From NCBI GenBank assembly GCA_032718475.1, contig JAUCBJ010001254.1, positions 29,275 through 93,274 on the forward strand: 64,000 bases of DNA, in the 5' to 3' direction. This document shows, one piece after another, positions 60,301 to 64,000 of this stretch. A program made the translations under genes and the position numbers. The notes below the pieces were generated by a model. The model was not told where the DNA came from. It ran no database searches and was given only the letters and a program-made list of their open reading frames with translations. The stretch is from Nemertoderma westbladi. Lineage: Eukaryota > Animalia > Xenacoelomorpha. The stretch's first letter is position 1; the number at the start of each line of letters is the position of its first letter.

Positions 60301-60503
60301 AGATCCGGATATACATAGATCCGGACATACATAGATCCGGATATACATAGATCCGGTCCGGACATACATAGATCCGGATATACATAGATCCGGATATACA
60401 TAGATCCGGATATACATAGATCCGGATATACATAGATCCGGATATACATAGATCCGGATATACATAGATCCGGATATACATAGATCCGGTCCGGACATAC
60501 ATA
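57303..60503. repeat. Minisatellite of about 3.2 kb, 16-bp unit with 21-bp variants
   Basis: GATCCGGATATACATA / GATCCGGACATACATA, interspersed with GATCCGGT(A/C)CGGACATACATA. Confidence 0.98.
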
Positions 60504-62984
60504 GTTAATACTGCAATTTATGACTCAAAGTCAATTAAATACGAAAGCACAAAATAGTACAATACAAAATTAAACATTCATGAAAATTACATCACCTATT
60601 TACATAGTATATTATTTATATTTATAGTCGCAGCTTGAAAGATATATAATTATTAATCTCTAACTATTTGCTAAAAAATATTGACCATTTTGCGGCGTTT
60701 GCAGCTATTATGACAAACAATAAATAAGTACAATTTACCAATATTAGCACGTAGATAGATAGATTTATTTATACATTATGTAAGCACGGATATTATATTG
60801 TTACGAAATACCACCAAAAATAATGATTTGAATATTAGATTGATTTTTTATTGATAGTGCGACTCTATGTTTTACTATAATGAAACATTAACTTACTTCA
60901 AGTTTCATCTACCCTAAATGGATTCTAATTATAATATTCACGATGGATGGAGTTTCCTGTAAATATCACTTTAATAAAATATTTGAAAAAATATTCCATG
61001 CAAATATAATATTATATTAAATTAATTAAACCAAGTTTTTTAAAGTAATTAATTATGCAAACAAAACTAATGTATATATTAAAGTAAACAGAATGATCAA
61101 ATCTGGAATCGATATAACAACGTGCTATATAATATGGAAAGTAGAACTTTTATTACCGGTAAATACGGAAGATCCTCGAAGAAGCGATTCGCGCTCCGAT
61201 CTCAAAACACAGTAATTTCGTGTTTCTATGGCAACCTGACGGGCGCTTATACGATCTTCGGTGCTGATCGATCGTTGGTTTGAGTTTTGCGGAGTTGGAC
61301 GGAGTTGAATGGATTCTGTGAGTTACTTCCCAATGACAGAGGCCTGTCCTGGTTTAAACCCTGCGACAGAATAGTCGGGTGTAAAAGGATCACGAAAAGA
61401 AAAGGTACAGCGATATTTAGGAAATAACAAATAAATATATTAATCAGAGTTTGGTTCTAGAACCACACATCCAAATATTATTCGGGCTTACCAATAAGGA
61501 CGATATAATAAATAACGGATAACTTTGTCAGGACGATAGTTTCAATGTAGTGCAGGGCATGTAGCACTCTACAGTTACCCTTAGGGTAACGACAACGTGC
61601 TTTACAAAAAAATATAGATCGATCTAGAAAAGGTACAAACAAACTTTCGAAAACCTATTGCACGGTGCGAGAAACTGCTACTAGTAACATAAAGTACTAC
61701 AATATGTTCTGGCTCCTGCTACCCAAAATAAACAATCACAGACCTCATCCAACCTACAATAAGACGTAAGTCAAAAGTTGTAAACATGGGACATCATCAC
61801 TTTCGACCCAAGGGTTATGACTAGCGACTTAGACTTGCAGTATAATTGTGTATTAACCAAAATGTTTTACGTTTAATTCAGCAACCTCTGTAAGAGTCCG
61901 GACCGGAAGGTAGTTCTGATATAATCGCGGTATCGGGAGAACCACTGAGCAACAGCAAATTAGTGCCAGCGCACCGCTATGATGCGAAACAGTACTTCCC
62001 AAAGTTTTCAGTTGTTCAGTCAGAGAGTTAAAAAACTTATGTTGTTCAAAAAAACTTGATCACATATCGACTAGAACTAATCGACATGACTAGAAACTTA
62101 TCAAAGATGTTACATTCTAAGCTAAATTTAACCCGAGAACCGAGCTGATTGTATGTGGGGCGAGCCACGAAAGTAAGCGAGTTCAGCATACGGGTACTAC
62201 TAACTCAATCGTGTCTGTCGTTCTGTTGTTTTCAATGTTAAACGTTAATAACTCAGCCAAATCATAATAAAATCTATCCATACTTGGTACATACTTTTGT
62301 TTTAAGAAATGTGTTTGTAATTGATCTAAACGTAATTAACTTATTAAACTGCCCTGTCTCCAGCTATAGCTCCCTCCTTCGTTAGCATGCTTGCAATAGC
62401 AAGCATGTCTAGCCTGACTTGGAAGGGGAACCAGTCCAACCACACCTCACCTCTACACAAAGGCAGCATTATAATGAGCCAGACTAATAAGCCAGCATGG
62501 TTATTGTGTTTAGCTTACAAAATGATTGGCCGAGTACTTACTTACTTCTCTTTGATTTACTGGTGTTTGGTTATTAAATTTCTTAGATACCAAGTTTGCG
62601 ATACAGTAGAATCGCTCAATATTAATAATTATCTCATAACTGAGCCTCGTGCTGCGCGAAGGCCCCACGAACGTGTATTCCTATATGTACATAGAAAAGC
62701 ATTACAAATGGTCAGTCTAGAAATAGAAACTCCCACCCATTGCTTATGCTCTATAAACTGTCGTTTTGACTGATTTCAGACGAAATTTCATTTAAATTAA
62801 TATGAAGAATTTGTATTTTTAAATATCTCCTTATTAAGTCGCCAAGTATTTAATGTAACTCGATTGCGGTATGATTGATTGTTTGTTTGTTTGTTTAGAT
62901 ATAATCTAGTTTTATATCACATTTATCTGTACAGACAGGTAATTAAACTGATCTATAGAATAGGGTTGGTGCGCGAAAAAATTG

Positions 62985-63965
62985 TAGAGCTAGAAACAAT
63001 TGTATAAGGGGTAACAAGGTGCCCTGAATTGAGTGGCGGGGTCAGTTTTTTTTTGTAAAAACACGAGGAAACGGTCGAAATGGCGGGTTTAAGTAAGCGC
63101 GGGAGGCCAATTTTGAAAATCGGCTGTGATTGGCTGCTACATATTTGACGTCATTACGCAGTGCTCTGATAATCTTATCTTGGTTTCTATGGAAGAGATT
63201 TTCGATCGATTCAAATACACATTTAATCTCAATCATTTCACACGTGGCTTATATCAATTGAAAGCGGAGAGTCTTGCGCGTCTTTTGACACTACAATTAA
63301 TTAAATTCATGAGAGGAAGATTGATAAAATGCTGTTCACAATTGCAAACTCGCCAGATTGCCTGACCGGTAAGCAGCACTTGCCTACCGGTACGCGACTC
63401 AGCCTATTGCAGTATCTGAGTATTGCAGATTTACTTCATTAAGTAGGGTTTACCGGTGACCGGTACACATTTTTAATATTCAAGTAGTAGCCTACTGCCA
63501 ATATTACTGTATTATATACCGGCTGACCGTTATTACAAGTTTAGTGTTATTTCAAATCTTAGGTCTTACCGTAATCAATACAGCTTGGAATGCATAGTAT
63601 TGCTGCTGGAAATACAGCTGAACACATTATCAATGTACTCATCATGAATTTAATTAATTAGTGTCAAAAGACGCGCAAGACTCTCCGCTTCAATTGATAT
63701 AAGCCACGTGTGAAATGATTGAGATTTAAATGTGTATTTGAATCGATCGAAAATCTCTCTCCATAGAAACCAAGATAAAAAATTATCAGATCACTGCGTA
63801 ATGACGTCAAATATGTAGCAGCCAATCACAGCCGATTTTCAAAATTGGCTTCCCGCGCTTACTTAAACCCGCCATTTCGACCGTTTCCTCGTGTTTTTAC
63901 AAAAACACACCCCGCCACTCGATTCAGGGCACCTTCTTACCCCTTATTCAATTGTTTCTAGCGTT
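62985..63965. mobile_element. Foldback or MITE element with about 320-bp inverted arms
   Basis: 62991-63312 is the near-exact reverse complement of 63642-63960. Exact ends and TSD not resolved. Confidence 0.85.
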
Positions 63966-64000
63966 GCAATTGTATTCAATGTGATTTTTCGGGATAGGGG

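Noticed and set aside
57079-60502. ORFs of 417-1139 aa
   Set aside because: Translation artefacts of a 16-bp tandem repeat that has no stop codon on the minus strand.
62387-62773. 128-aa ORF
   Set aside because: Short, with no motif or other support for coding.

Overview
This is AT-rich, repeat-dense animal (probably invertebrate) nuclear DNA with no recognisable host gene; the only candidate is one orphan 387-codon ORF. About 60% of the window is BEL/Pao-type LTR retrotransposon. Element E (1-3859, minus) runs off the left edge. A three-level nest consists of D (8487-34182, minus), A inside it (9182-33274, plus, TSD GGTTG) and B inside A (16710-27937, minus, TSD GCTTA). Element C (43276-51257, minus, TSD AGATG) sits in an RTE-like LINE relic. 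A, B and C encode only Gag plus protease (RT, most of RNase H and integrase are missing), yet their LTR pairs are near-identical. The rest is MITEs, tRNA-derived SINEs, LINE and Penelope fragments, and two 3-4 kb minisatellites (18-bp and 16-bp units). The main observation is that A, B, C and D lack a tRNA primer-binding site. In each, the 9-12 nt directly after the 5' LTR are the exact reverse complement of a segment inside its own LTR. The sequence differs in every element and the pairing ends flush with the LTR boundary. This suggests tRNA-independent self-priming in BEL/Pao elements, with a covarying structured RNA in U5.
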